DNA from: Mobula hypostoma
Lineage: Eukaryota
Assembly (NCBI RefSeq): GCF_963921235.1
Contig: NC_086097.1
Location: 113,958,001-114,022,000 of the forward strand
Length of the DNA: 64,000 nucleotides
Reading direction: 5' to 3'
The translations under genes were made by a program, and so were the position numbers. Position 1 is the stretch's first letter; each line of letters opens with the position of its first letter. The notes under the pieces were generated by a model that ran no database searches, was not told the DNA's origin, and worked only from the letters and a program-made list of their open reading frames with translations. Below are positions 38,701-51,195 of the stretch, piece after piece.

Positions 38701-41700
38701 CCGGGTGCCTGGGTCCAGGATGTCTCTGACCGGGTGCACGACATCCTGGTACGAGAGGGAAAGCAATGTGAAGTCATGATACATGTTGGTACCAATGACA
38801 TAGGCAGGAAGAGGGATGAGGTCCTGAAGTGTGAGTTTCAGGAACTAGGCAGAAGGCTGAAGAACAGGACCTCAAGGGTGGTGTTCTCAGGATTGCTGCC
38901 AGTGCTACGTGACAGTGATGGTAAGAATTAGAGGAGATGGCAGTTGAATGCATGGCTGAGGAGTTGGTGCAGGGGGCAGGGTTTTAGATTTTTAGATTTT
39001 TGGATCATTGGGATCTCTCCTGGAGAAGATGGGACCTGTACAGATTGGATGGGTTGCACCTGAACTTGAGGGGGAGCAATATCCTTGCAGGTAGGTTTGC
39101 TAGCATGGTTCGGGAAGGTTTAAACCAATTTGCAAGGGGGATGGGACCTGAAGCGATAGAGCAGTGAAAGAAGTGCATGGAGTAAAGCCAGATCTAACAT
39201 ATAGAGAGGCTTTGAGGAAGGAGAAGCAGAATAAAGGGTGTAAAGGTAGGAAGGTAGAAGGGCTAAAGTGCATGTACTTCAATGCAAGAAGCATCAGGAA
39301 CAAAGGTGATGAATTGAGAGCTTAAATACATACATGGAATTATGATGTAGTGGCCATTACAGAGACTTGGCTGGCACCAGGGCAGAAATGGATTCTCAAT
39401 ATTCCTGGATTTCAGTACTTTAAAAGGGATAGAGAGCGGGGGAAGGGGAGGAGGGGTGGCATTACTGGTCAGGGATACTATTACAGCTACAGAAAGGGTG
39501 GGTAATGTAGCAGGATCCTCTTTTGAGTCAGTATAGGTGGAAGTCAGAAACAGGAAGGGAGCAGTTACTCTATTGGGAGGATTCTATAGGCCCCCTGGTA
39601 GCAGCAGAGATACTGAGGAGTAGATTAGGAGGCAGATTTTGGAAAGGTGCAAAAGTAACAGGTATGTTACCATGGGTGACTTCAACTTCTCTAATATTAA
39701 TTGGCACCTGATTAGTTCCAAGGGTTTGGACGGGTAAGAATTTGTTAAGTATGTCCAGGATGTATTCCTGTCACAGTATGTTGACAGGCCGACTAGGGGG
39801 AATACCATACTAGATCTAGTATTAGGTAACGAACTGGGTCAGGTCACAGATCTCTCAGTGAGTGAGCATCTGGGGGACAGTGACCAGGACTCCCTGGCCT
39901 TTAGCATTATCATGGAAAAGGATAGAATCAGAGAGGACAGGAAAATTTTTAACTGGAGAAGGGCAAATTATGAGGCTATAAGGCTAGAACTTGCAGGTGT
40001 GAATGACGTTTTTGCAGGGAAATATACTACGGGCGTGTGGTCGATGTTTAGAGATCTCTTGCAAGATGTTAAGGATAAATTTGTCCTGGTGAGGAAGATA
40101 AAGAATGGCAGGGTGAAGGAACCATGGGTGACAAGTAAGGTGGAAAATCTAGTCAGGTGGAAGAAGGCAGCATACATGAGGTTTAGGAAGCAAGGATCAG
40201 ATGGGTCTATTGGGGAATATAGGATAGCAAGAAAGGAGCTTAAGAAGGGGCTGAGGAGAGCAAGAAGGGGGTATGAGAAGGCCTTGGTGGGTAGGGTAAA
40301 GGAAAACCCCAAGGCATTCTTCAATTATGTGAAGAACAAAAGGATGACAGGAGTGAAGGTAGGACCGATTAGAGATAAAGGTGGGAAGATGCACCTGGAG
40401 GCTGTGGAAGTAAGCGAGGTCCTCAATGAATACTTCTCTTCTGTATTCACCCATGAGAGGGAACTTGATGATGGTGAGGACAATATGAGTGAGGTTGATG
40501 TTCTGGAGCATGTTGATATTAAGGCAGAGGAGGTGTTGGAGTTATTAAAATACATTAGGACGGATATGCCCCCCGGGGCCTGATGGAATATTCCCCAGGC
40601 TGCTCCACGAGGCGAGGGAAGAGATTGCTGAGCCTCTGGCTAGGATCTTTATATCCTCGTTGTCCACGGGAATGGTACCGGAGGATTGGAGGGAGGCGAA
40701 TGTTGTCCCCTTGTTCAAAAAAGGTAGTAGGGATAGTCCGGGTAATTATAGACCAGTGAGCCTTATGTCTGTGGTGAGAAAGCTGTTGGAAAAGATTCTT
40801 AGAGATAGGATCTATGGGCATTTAGAGAATCATGGTCTGATGAGGGACAGTCAGCATGGCTTTGTGAAAGGCAGATCGTGTCTAACAAGCCTGGTAGAGT
40901 TCTTTGAGGAGGTGACCAGGCATATAGATGAAGGTAGTGCAGTGGATGTGGTCTATATCGATTTTAATAAGGCATTTGACAAGGTTCCACATGGTAAGCT
41001 TTTTCAGAAAGTCAGAAGGCATGGGATCCAGGGAAGTTTGTCCAGGTGAATTCAGAATTGGCTTGCCTGCAGAAGGCAGAGGGTCGTGGTGGAGGGAGTA
41101 CATTCAGATTGGAGGATTATGACTAGTGGTGTCCCACAAGGATCAGTTCAGGGACCTCTACTTTTCGTGATTTTTATTAACGACCTGGATGTCGGGGTAG
41201 AAGGCTGGGTTGGCAAGTTTGCAGATGACACAAAGGTTGGTGGTGTTGTGGATAGTGTAGAGGATTGTCAAAGATTGCAGAGAGATATTGATAGATTGCA
41301 GAAGTGGGCTGAGAAGTGGCAGATGGAGTTCAACCTGGAGAAGTGTGAGGTGGTACACTTTGGAAGGACAAACTCCAAGGCAGAGTACAAAGTAAATGGC
41401 AGGATACTTGGTAGTGTGAAGGAGCAGAGGGATCTGGGGGTACATGTCCACAGATCCCTGAAAGTTGCCTCACAGGTAGATAGGGTAGTTAAGAAAGCTT
41501 ATGGGGTGTTAGCTTTCATAAGCCGAGGGATAGAGTTTAAGAGTCGCGATGTAATGATGCAGCTCTATAAAGTTCTGGTTAGGCCACACTTGGAGTACTC
41601 TGTCCAGTTCTGGTCGCCTCACTAAAGGAAGGATGTGGAAGCATTGGAAAGGGTACAGAGGAGATTTACCAGGATGCTGCCTGGTTTAGAGAGTATTCAT

Positions 41701-42117
41701 TATGATCAGAGATTAAGGGAGCTAGGGCTTTATTCTTTGGAGAGAAGGAGGATTAGAGGAGACATGATAGAGGTATACAAAATATTAAGAGGAATAGATA
41801 CAGTGGATAGCCAGCACCTCTTCCCCAGGGCACCACTGCTCAATACAAGGGGACATGGCTTTAACGGAAGGGGTGGGAAGTTCAAGGGGGATATCAGAGG
41901 AAGGTTTTTTACTCAGAGAGTGGTTGGTGTGTGGAATACACTGCCTGAGTCAATGGTGGAGGCCAATACACTAGTGAAATTTAAGGGACTATTAGACAGG
42001 TATATGGTGGAATTTAAGGTGGGTGTTATATGGGAGGCAGGGTTTGAGGGTTGGCACAATAATGTGGGCCGAAAGGCCTGTACTGTGCTGTACTATTCTA
42101 TGTTCTATGTTCTATGT
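38701..42117 (+). mobile_element. CR1 LINE (partial ORF1 esterase + ORF2) inserted between Gypsy RT and RNase H
   Basis: IHVGTND, YFNARS, ITETW, FYRPP, GVPQGS, GKFADDTK; (TTCTATG)n tail; Gypsy reads FYNAERPI before and KISCDAS after. Confidence 0.95.
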
Positions 42118-43866
42118 AAAATCTCATGTGATGCATCTCAAGCAGGCTTAGGGGCAGTATTACTCCAGAACCATGATCGGGAATGGCTATCAGTGGCATA
42201 TGCATCTCGTTCATTATCTGATCCAGAAACAAGGTATGCCCAAATTGAAAAAGAATTGCTCAGCATTATGTTTGCTTGCGAGAGATTTCATCAGTTTGTG
42301 TCAGGGCAATCTGTTGATGTTGAAACTGATCATAAACCTCTGATTACATTATTTCACTAACCTTTAAATGACTGTCCTTTGCAAATTCAGCGAATGACGA
42401 TCGTATTGCAAAGATATGCATTGAATGTGTCATACACACCTGAAAAATTCATGTACATAGCTGACACACTTTCCAGAGCTGTGAATCTGACAACAGAAGA
42501 CATTCACAGGGATGCTGTTGGTGTTCAGGCATTTGTTGATATGATCATAGAGACTACCTGTTTCTGCTGAAAAGTTGAAACTGCTGCGTCTTGACGCAGA
42601 GAAGGACAAAATTCTCAGTCAGGTAATACAAGTGGTGATGGATGGATGGCCAGAGAATGACTGTACCTCAGAAGTACAAGAATATTGGAACCACAGATGT
42701 GAACTTTCTGTTGTGGATGGGATTTTGTACAAAGGTAGCAGAATTGTGATTCCTAAAAGTCTCCGAAAAGAAATGCTTGGGAAAATTCATGAAGGCCACC
42801 TAGGTATTGAAAAATGTAAGAGAAGGGGGCGGGAAGTGATATTTTGGCCCAGGATGAATCAAGAAATTGCAAATTTGGTGTCTTCTTGTCAAATATGCCT
42901 TAAATACCAACCTAACAACCCTAAGGAGCCACTGCATCCACATCCTAGTCCTCAGAGACCTTATCAGAAGGTAGGCGTTGATCTTTTTGTAACTGACAAC
43001 AAAGATTATCTATTATTAACAGATTGCTACTCATTGTATCCTGAAGTGTGTGGTCTGAGCAGAACAACTGCAGAGAATGTAATTACATGCATGAAATCAG
43101 GTTTTTCCAGACATGGTGTACCTGATGAAGTTTTCACAGACCATGGTCCACAATTCAATGGTGACTGCATGAGACATTTTGCTCATGAATGGGGCTTTTT
43201 TCATGCAACATCTAGTCTAATTTTCCCTCAGTCCAATGGATTAGTTGAGAAATTGGTATGAATTATCAAGAAACTGATGCACAAAGCAAAAGATAGTGGA
43301 GGTGATTTTTATAAAGCTTTGTTAGCCTATCGCAGTACTCCACTTAAATGTGGATTTTCACCTGCTCAGCTCTTGATGGGACGCTGTTTGAGATCCAATC
43401 TGCCAATAGATGAGAGCCTTCTGAGAACAGAGGGAGGTGAACAAGTGAAGAGATGGAAAGATGAAAAAAGCAAAGCAGAAAACATAGTTTGACAGATGTT
43501 CTCGTCCATTACCTGAACTGCACCAAGGAGATGAAGTAAGGATACAAGACAAAATGAACACATGGACACAAGAAGCTACAGTACTTGAAGAAGTACAACC
43601 CAGATCATACATGGTCCAAACAGAAGGAGAAACAGTGTTAAGAAGAAATTGCAAAGACCTTGAGAAAGAGCCAACTTCACAGTTTCAGTTAATTGATGCA
43701 GACCAGACAAAACATGGAAATAACAACGAAACACAAGAACTGTGTGAACCACTTAGAAGGTCTACTTGCGTTCGTAAACCCACAGAGAGATTGATATAGA
43801 CATGCTAAATTATGCATTTGCTTTGGTCAGTGTTGCTAATTGTTTTGCTTTTTAAGAAAAGGAAGA

Positions 43867-44060
43867 TGTGGTGATATGATGTGTCAGAATGTGACTGGAG
43901 AGAGGTCTGAGCATGCACAAAAATGATAGAATGATCAAGAACGTGGTACTGTAAGAAACGTGGTTTGTTTGTTGCGGTAAATAAAAGTTCTATGTCTTCC
44001 AGAATACGTATGTTTCTTTATTAGTAACCCACGGTATGTTTAAATATAAAGAACACAACA
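43867..44060 (+). repeat. 3' LTR
   Basis: Preceded by a polypurine tract; direct repeat of the 5' LTR. Confidence 0.95.
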
Positions 44061-44065
44061 GCAAC

Positions 44066-44535
44066 ATCCTAGCTTTTAGTAGGGAACACACCTCTGTGTT
44101 CAGCCAGGGCTTCTGGTTAGGCCTTGAGGTGGCTGTTCTTGAGGTACTGACATCGTCTACATACTTACAGATGTAGCTGGTGACAGATGAGGTGTATTCC
44201 TCAAAGTCTGTGTCTTCTCATTTGTTGCTGCCTCCTTGAATATCTGCCAATTAGTCCATTCGAAACAGTCATGAAGCGTAGAGATTGCCTTCGTAGGCCA
44301 TACAGTGTCGGTCCTCTTAAGTGGTTTCTCCGTTGTCAGCAGTGGTCGGTAGGCTGGGATACCAATATGAAGATGTGGTCAGAGGGGCCAGGGTGAGGAT
44401 GTGGGATGTCTTTATAAGTACTGTGACTGTTTGTATTAACATGGTCCAGTGAGTTTTTTTCCCCTCGTGGCCATAGTGACATATTGGTGAGAATTTGGGT
44501 AAAATGTCCTGCAAGTTAACATGATTGAATTTGCA
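44066..44535 (-). mobile_element. Rex1/Babar LINE, 5' continuation (EN C-terminus)
   Basis: [20 protein letters not shown]; joins 35577 across the Gypsy. Confidence 0.8.
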
Positions 44536-45317
44536 ATAGTTATCTTATATTTTTATTCTTTGCTCAAATAATTTCTTGTCTGCACACCAGGAATTTTTCC
44601 ATTGTGTGTTTCCGAGCCTGAAGGGAGAATGAATCTCTGGTAGAAAACAGGCATCCAACAGTAATTGACCTTGGGGAGGTCTGTGAACATTCCCCGCCAC
44701 TCCCACCCCCCACGCCCCCCCCCCCCGCCCGCCACACGCACTAGTTTCTGAACTTACTCTTTCTGAACCCGTGCAGAAACACAACATTTCTGTTCGGTGG
44801 TCTGCAAGAGCTTTCCGGGCATATTGCTTTAGGAACACGGACTGCAAAGGCCAATCAAATGTGATATGAACTTCATGTGGTTACCAGATTGCAGTACCAC
44901 AAGGCTTCCATTTCGCATCTGGATGGGATTAAGTTTAAAATAAATTTCCATTGCAATGTTTCTTTCATTCCAATTTTTAAATCTTATCCAGATATGCATT
45001 GCAACAATATTAAACTAAAAGAAAGAGCTCTTCTGAATCTCTTCAGCTTGAAAGAGGAGACAGGGAGAAATGTCTCCATTACTTCACCACTGCCTTCAGT
45101 TCTGAGTTGTAGAACAACGAGTGGCCTTAATCACCTGTTCCTTTTACTTGTGTAATGCTGCACCACATCATGGAAAATAGTTTCTGCTGGCAGAGCTTGC
45201 CTGGTGATCTTTCTTACTTCAGTGTCATCTTGAACAGGGGGCTCTAGTGCCTTCTTCACTCCTAGCACTGTGGTATGAGAACATGCACCAGCTAACAATT
45301 GGAATTATAGCTGTTTA

Positions 45318-46727
45318 TACTCTGTGGCCACTTTATTAGGTATACCTGTACACCTATTGTTAATACAAATATCTCATTGGCCAATCATGCAGCAGCAACT
45401 CAGTACATAAAAGCATGCAGACATGGTCAAGAGGTTCAGTTGTTGTTCAGACCAAATATCAGAATGGGGAAGAAATGTGATCTAAATGACTTTGACCACG
45501 GAATGATTGTTGGTGCCAGAAGGGGTGGTTTGAGTACTTACTTATACTTTATTGTCCCTAAACAATTCTTACTAGAACGTACAATCATCACAGCGATATT
45601 TGATTCTGTGCTTCACACTCCTTGGATTACAAATATTAAATATTAAAGATATTAGAAATAGTTAAAATTAGTAAATATTAAAAATTTAAATTATAAATCA
45701 TAAATAGAAAATAGAAAAATGGGAAGTAAGGTAGTGCAAAAAAACAAGAGGCAGGTCCGGATATTTGGAGGGTACGGCCCAGATCTGAGTCAGGATCCGT
45801 TCAGCAGTCTTATCACAGTTGGAAAGAAGCTTTTCCCAAATCTGGCCGTATGGGTCTTCAAGCTCCTGAGCCTTCTCCCAGAGGGAAGAGGGACGAAAAG
45901 TGTGTTGGCTGGGTGGGTCGTGTCCTTAATTATCCTGGCAGCACTGCTCTGACAGCGTGTGATGTAAAGTGAGTCCACGGACGGAAGATTGGCTTGTGTG
46001 ATGTGCTGCGCTGTGTTCATGATCTTCTGCAGCTTCTTTCGGTCTTGGACAGGACAACTTCCATACCAGGTTGTGATGCACCCAAGAAGAATGCTTTCTA
46101 TGGTACATCTATAAAAATTAGTGAGGGTTTTAGGGGACAGGCCAAATTTCTGTAGTTTTCTCAGGAAGTAAAGGCGCTGGTGGGCCTTCTTGGCAGTGAA
46201 CTCTGCTTGGTTGGACCAAGTCAGGTCATTTGTGATATTGACCCCGAGGAACTTAAAGCTTTTGACCTGTTCCACTTGCGCACCACCAATGTAAATTGGG
46301 TCGTGCAGTCCACTACTCCTTCTGACGTCAACAACCAATTCCTTCATCTTGCTGACGTTGAGGGATAGGTGAGTATCTCAGAAACTGCTGATCTCCTGGG
46401 ATTTTCATGCAAAGCAGTCTCTAGATTTTACAGAGAATGGTGCAAAAACAGAAAAAAAACATCTAGTGAGCAATGGTTCTGTAGGTGAAAATGCCTTTTT
46501 AATAAGAGAGGTCAGAGGAGAACAGCCAGACTGGTTCATGCTGAAAGGAAGGTGACAGTAACTCAAATAACAACGCATTACAACTGTGGTGTACAGAAAA
46601 GCATCTCTGAATGCACAACAGATTGAACCTTGAAGTGCATGGGCGACAGCAGCAGAAGACCACAAACATGCATGCAGTGGCCCCTTTATCAGTTACAGGA
46701 ACTACCTAATCAAGTGGCCACTGAGTG
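45318..46727 (+). mobile_element. Internally deleted Tc1 element with both TIRs and TA flanks
   Basis: ta-tactctgtggccactttattagg...cctaatcaagtggccactgagtg-ta; MGKKCDLNDFDHGMIVGARRGGLS|ISETADLLGF. Confidence 0.88.
45537..46369 (-). mobile_element. Rex-type LINE 3' end inserted in the Tc1 element
   Basis: 185-aa ORF (KKAHQRLYFLRKL...FYRCTIESIL...LFVPLPSGRRL); TGAGTA at 45531-45536 and 46370-46375. Confidence 0.92.
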
Positions 46728-46887
46728 TACTTGCAGGATACAGGAAATACGTGCTACAATGGTAACAGAACAGTGTTGGATCTTGGTGCTAATGTTTCTT
46801 CAGATAAATTACAGTGAGAATGTCAGCAGGGCATTGCTTTAATTCAGTGACAACAAATTTTAGTTTCCTGTTTAGCTTTCAGGTAGA

Positions 46888-47656
46888 TAGAAACATGGAA
46901 ACATAGAAGACATACAGCACAATACAGGCCCTTCGACCCACAAAGCTCTGCCAAACATATCCCTACCTTAGAACTCCTAGGCTTCACCCATAGCCTCTAT
47001 TTTTCTAAGCTCCATGAAGCCATCCAGGAGTCTCTTAAAGACCCTATCGTTTCCACCTCCACCACCACCGCCAGCAGCCCATTCCACGCACTCACCACTC
47101 TCTACGTAAAAAACTTACCCCTGACATCTCCTCTGTACCTACTTCCAAGCACCTTAAAACTATGCCCTCTCATGCTAACCATTTCAGCCCTGGGGAAAAG
47201 CCTTTGACTATCCACACGATCAATGCCTCTCATCATCCTGTACACCTCTATCAGGTCACCTCTCATCCTACATCACTCCAAGGAGAAAGGACTGAATTCA
47301 CTCAACCTATTCTCATAAGGCATGCTCCCCAATCCTGGCAACATTCTTGTAAATCTCCTCTGCACCCTTTCTATGGTTTCCACATCCTTCCTATAGTGAG
47401 GCAACCAGAATTGAGCACAGTACTCCAAGTGGGGTCTGACCAGGGTTCTATATAGCTGCAACATTATCTTTCGGTTCTTAAACTCAATTCCACGATTGAT
47501 TAAGGCCAATGCACCATATGCCTTCTTAACCACAGAGTCAACCTGCATAGCAGCTTTGAGTGTCCTATGGACTCGGATCCCAAGACCCCTCTGATCCTCC
47601 ACACTGCCAAGAGTCTTACCATTAATACTATATTCTGCCATCATATTTGACCTACC
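46888..47656 (-). mobile_element. CR1 3' end
   Basis: LYRTLVRPHLEYCAQFW; CR1 tail. Confidence 0.92.
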
Positions 47657-47734
47657 ATGATGTGCCCAATTAGATCATTCTCATGGTACTTTTCTGGTTT
47701 TGAATCCTGATGGTGCAGTGGAACATTTTCTGTT

Positions 47735-48048
47735 GGAGTGGCACGATGGAACAACTGGTAGAGTTATGCCATCATAGTTATGGTCACCCAGGTTTAATCC
47801 TGACTTCTGGTGCAATCAGTTTTCCCTGTGACTGCATGGTGCTCTGGCTTCTTCCTATATCCCAGACCACTGTGAGTTAGTTGGTCAATTGGACATTGTA
47901 CATTGCATGTAGGTGAATTTGAACTCTGGGAAGAACTTGTGGGGGTGGCAAGTGGAGAGAATAAAGAGAAACTGATGTAGGATTAATTAAAATTAGTGCT
48001 TGATGATTGCTGTGGGCTTGGAAGCTTGGATGACCTGTTTCCATATTA
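47735..48048 (+). mobile_element. Decayed tRNA-derived SINE
   Basis: gtggcacgatggaacaactggtagag...caggtttaatcc head, tttccctgtgactgcatgg core, CR1-like tail. Confidence 0.55.
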
Positions 48049-48049
48049 A

Positions 48050-48731
48050 ATGAGTTTGAGGCCTAGTTTTCAGGGTCCTGATATCAGCAAGATGGGAGTT
48101 TGAAGCCTAATTTTTGGGATCCCATCATCAGCAAGTCCAGCATTTAAGAGCCTGGAGTTCAGGCTCTCATTCGGCATCATCTGAGAGTCCTGGGTCGATA
48201 CCAAAGATCAAAGGCTGAGAGTTAATCAGAAGTCCAGATCAAAGCCCAGAGGCCAATCGGAGGTCCAGATTGAAGACCGAAGGCCGACTGGAGATCTGAA
48301 TTGAGGCCCGAAACTTGATTGGAGGTCCGGATTGAAGTCTGAAGACAGATCAGATGTCCAGTTGAGGCCTAATGGCTAGAGCCCCAAGTCTGTGAATCTG
48401 CTGAGGAAGTCGGGGCCCAGCATCTGCAAACACATGAGTCTGCTGGATGCCTAAGATGGTCTGTGCTGGGGTTTGAAGACTTTGTATGTGTGTACTTGGG
48501 TAGGTGGGAAGGAAGAATAGGACCTGTCTCACTGTTTTTGCTTGGCATGTTCTGTTTTGTTGTGTTCTGTGTTCTGTCATTGTGGGGATGTTATGTTGGT
48601 GTCGGAACATGTGGTGACATTTGTAGGCTGCCCCCAGCAAATCCTTGCGTGTGTTGGTTGTTAACATAAATGACACAGTTCACTATATGTTTCAATGTAC
48701 CGTACATGCGATAATGAATCTGAATCTGAAT
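48050..48731 (+). mobile_element. Composite retroposon: GC-rich tandem repeats + LINE-like tail ending (GAATCT)n
   Basis: Five ~31-bp units start at 48227, 48258, 48289, 48320 and 48351; tail ggctgcccccagca...tcactatatgtttcaatgtac...gaatctgaatctgaa. Confidence 0.6.
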
Positions 48732-49124
48732 TTAGAATGGCTCAGCAGTGAATTTAATGTATCAAGAGAGTAAAAGGGAAACAGCTGTAAAAGGAATGAA
48801 AAGAACAAACTTTTGTATTTATATAAAATCTTTCATAACTTTAGGGCATTTTGAGGTATTCATTTTGAATTACCCAAATAAATAGAGATCCAGTGTGATC
48901 ACCGCTACAATATAGAAATATAATGACTAATTTGCACAGAGCAAGACCCCGTAAACTGAAACGAGTTAATGATGAATTCATGCTATGTTACTGTTATTTG
49001 AAGCAGAAATGTTGGGGCAAGAACATCGAACAATGCAGCAAAAAAACAGGCGCTTTGGCTCACGATGTTGTGATGACATTTTAACCAACTCCAAGATCAA
49101 TCTAATCCTTCCCTCCTATATAAC

Positions 49125-49585
49125 CAGCAACATACATAAAAGTTTCTGGTGAATGCAGCAGGCCAGGCAGCATCTCTAGGAAGAGGTACATTCGACGTTT
49201 CGGGCCGAGACCCTTCGTCAGGACTAACTGAAAGAAGAGCTAGTAAGAGATTTGAAAGTGGGAGGGGGAGGGGGAGATCCAAAATGATAGGAGAAGACAG
49301 GAGGGGGAGGAATGGAGCCAAGAACTGGACAGGTGATTGGCAAAGGGGATATGAGAGGATCATGGGACTAGGGAGAAAGAAAGGGGGAGGGGGGAAGCCC
49401 AGAGGATGGGCAAGGAGTATAGTGAGAGGGACAGAAGGAGAAGAAGGAGAGAGAAAAGCTCCCCCTCGGCCTGAAATGTCGACTGTACCTCTTCCTATAG
49501 ATGCTGCCTGGCCTACTGCATTTACCAGCAACTTTCATGTGTGTTGCTTGAAATTCCAGCATCTGCAGATTTCCTCGTGTTTGCA
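49125..49585. mobile_element. Non-autonomous Penelope element made of two inverted pLTR pieces
   Basis: Inverted arms 49127-49209 and 49465-49547; perfect TSD CTCCTATATAAC at 49113-49124 and 49586-49597. Confidence 0.9.
49189..49225 (-). ncRNA. Minimal type I hammerhead ribozyme motif (Penelope pLTR)
   Basis: AGUC-CUGACGA-A-GGGU(CUCG)GCCC-GAAA-CGUC-GAAU: core boxes and helix II intact, one helix I mismatch. Confidence 0.7.
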
Positions 49586-50094
49586 CTCCTATATAACTCT
49601 CTATTTACTTATAATCCATGTGCCTATCCTAAGAGCTTCTTAAATGTCCTGAATGTTTCTGCCTCTACCACCACCCCTGGCAGTGCATTCCACGCCATCA
49701 CTGACATGCACCCTACACCTCCCTCCAAGCATCTTAAAATGATGTCCTCTAGTATTAGCCGTTACCACCCTGAAAAAGAAAGGCACTGGCTGTCCGCTCT
49801 GTCTTACTATCTTATACAGCTCAATCAATTTGCCACTCATTCTCCTTCGCTTAAAGCCCTAGTTCACTCAGTCTTTTCTTGTTAGACACATTAATCCAGG
49901 TGGCATCTTGGTAAATCTCCTCTGCACCTTATCTAAAGCTTCCACATCCTTTCTATAATGAGGTGACCAGAACTGAACTCAACATTCTAAGTATGATGTA
50001 ACCAGGGATTGAAAAAGCAGCAACATTACCTCACATCTCTTGAGCTCAGTCCTTGACTGATAAAAACAGGAAGGCAAGGCAATATTTTTCTGGC

Positions 50095-50235
50095 CTCTGC
50101 CCCCTTCCTTTCCAGTCCTGATGAAGGATCTCACCTGAAACTGCTTATTCCCCACCACTGTGCTGCATGACTTGCTCAGTTCCTTCAGTATTTTGTATCC
50201 ATTTCCAGCATTTACAGAATCGTTTCTGTTTATGA
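50095..50235 (+). mobile_element. Penelope pLTR fragment
   Basis: cagtcctgatgaaggatctcacctgaaac...tgctgcatgacttgctcagttcc. Confidence 0.7.
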
Positions 50236-50832
50236 TACTTGACAGTTCTGCACTCGACTCTAGGTTTTGTGCCAAGTTTCTGAAATGGTATTTAAACTTG
50301 CAACTGCATGACTTAAAAAAGAGAATATTGACATGGATAAAATCTTTTACACTACACTAAGTCAGGAAGATGCCATTTACGCCTTTCTTTGCTTAACTGA
50401 GCTGGGTTTGGCAATCCCAACACAGTACTTTGGGTGTGTGCCTTTTGTGTTCATTTGCACTCCGCATTCTCACTGACTCATAATGGCAGAGAATATTGCC
50501 TTTCAAATCGGGGTGGCATCTTTACACTACACGGAAAGCAGAGTTAACATGTAAAACCCAGCTATCTTTCTCACTGGATGCATCAAGTGTGGGCATCTGA
50601 ACTGTACCTCAAAAGCATGAGATGGTTCAGCTCTGGAACGAGTGACCTCCTCCAAAGGTGGAGTCATTGTTATTCTGACCCTTTTCTTTTGGAGCAGCTG
50701 AAGATGCTGCGAAAGATTAAGCACGTAAATTAGAACCAGCAAGGTAAAAAAAATAATAATTTAGTCATTATGCACCTGATAATTTTTCTCTTGCTGCTGA
50801 ATATGAGTATTGCAGGCAATATTGCTGGATTA

Positions 50833-51195
50833 GGACCATAAGACCATAAGCCAGTCAGTCCATCATATCTGCTCCAGCATTCCTTCATGACTGATTTACT
50901 ATCCCTCTCAACCCCATCCTCCTGCCTTCTCCCTGTAACCTTTGATGCCATTACTAATCAAGAACCTACCAGCCTCTGCTTTAAGTGCACACAATGACTT
51001 GGTCTCCATAGCTGTCTGTGGCAATGAATTCCACAGACTCACCACCCTCTGGCTAAAGAAATTCATCCTCATCTTTGTTGTAAAAGGATGTCCTTGTATC
51101 CCGAGGCTGTGCTCTCTGGTCTTAGAATCCCCCACTACAGGAAACATCCTCTCTACATCCACTCTATATATGCCTTTCAATATTCAATAGTTTAC
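50833..51195 (-). mobile_element. CR1 3' end
   Basis: MKGIYRVDVERMFP...FFSQRVVSLWNSLP; gaccataagaccataag tail. Confidence 0.88.

Larger units (their letters stand above)
35578..44060 (+). mobile_element. Full-structure Gypsy LTR retrotransposon (dead), with two nested insertions
   Basis: LTRs 35578-35766 and 43867-44060 (TG..CA); GCAAC TSD at 35573-35577 and 44061-44065; PBS tggtgtcagaagt; PPT aagaaaaggaaga; gag, protease FKLDTGAQVN, RT LRICLDPRDLN, RNase H CDASQAGLGAVL, integrase IHEGHLGIEKC...FTDHGPQF...SNGLVE. Confidence 0.96.
49020..50060 (-). mobile_element. CR1 3' end interrupted by a Penelope insertion
   Basis: NTRGHHFKML, VTSYLEC; CR1 tail split at 49113-49597. Confidence 0.8.

Noticed and set aside
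41635..42360. 241-aa ORF fusing the CR1 RT C-terminus to Gypsy RNase H
   Set aside because: Read-through of the CR1 3' UTR and microsatellite into the host frame; both parents have stops nearby, so a chance junction ORF.
48227..48380. CRISPR-like 31-bp periodicity
   Set aside because: Head-to-tail degenerate units with no unique spacers, vertebrate context, no cas genes.
50695..50735. QLKMLRKIKH, faintly kinase-like
   Set aside because: Ten residues followed by a stop; chance similarity.
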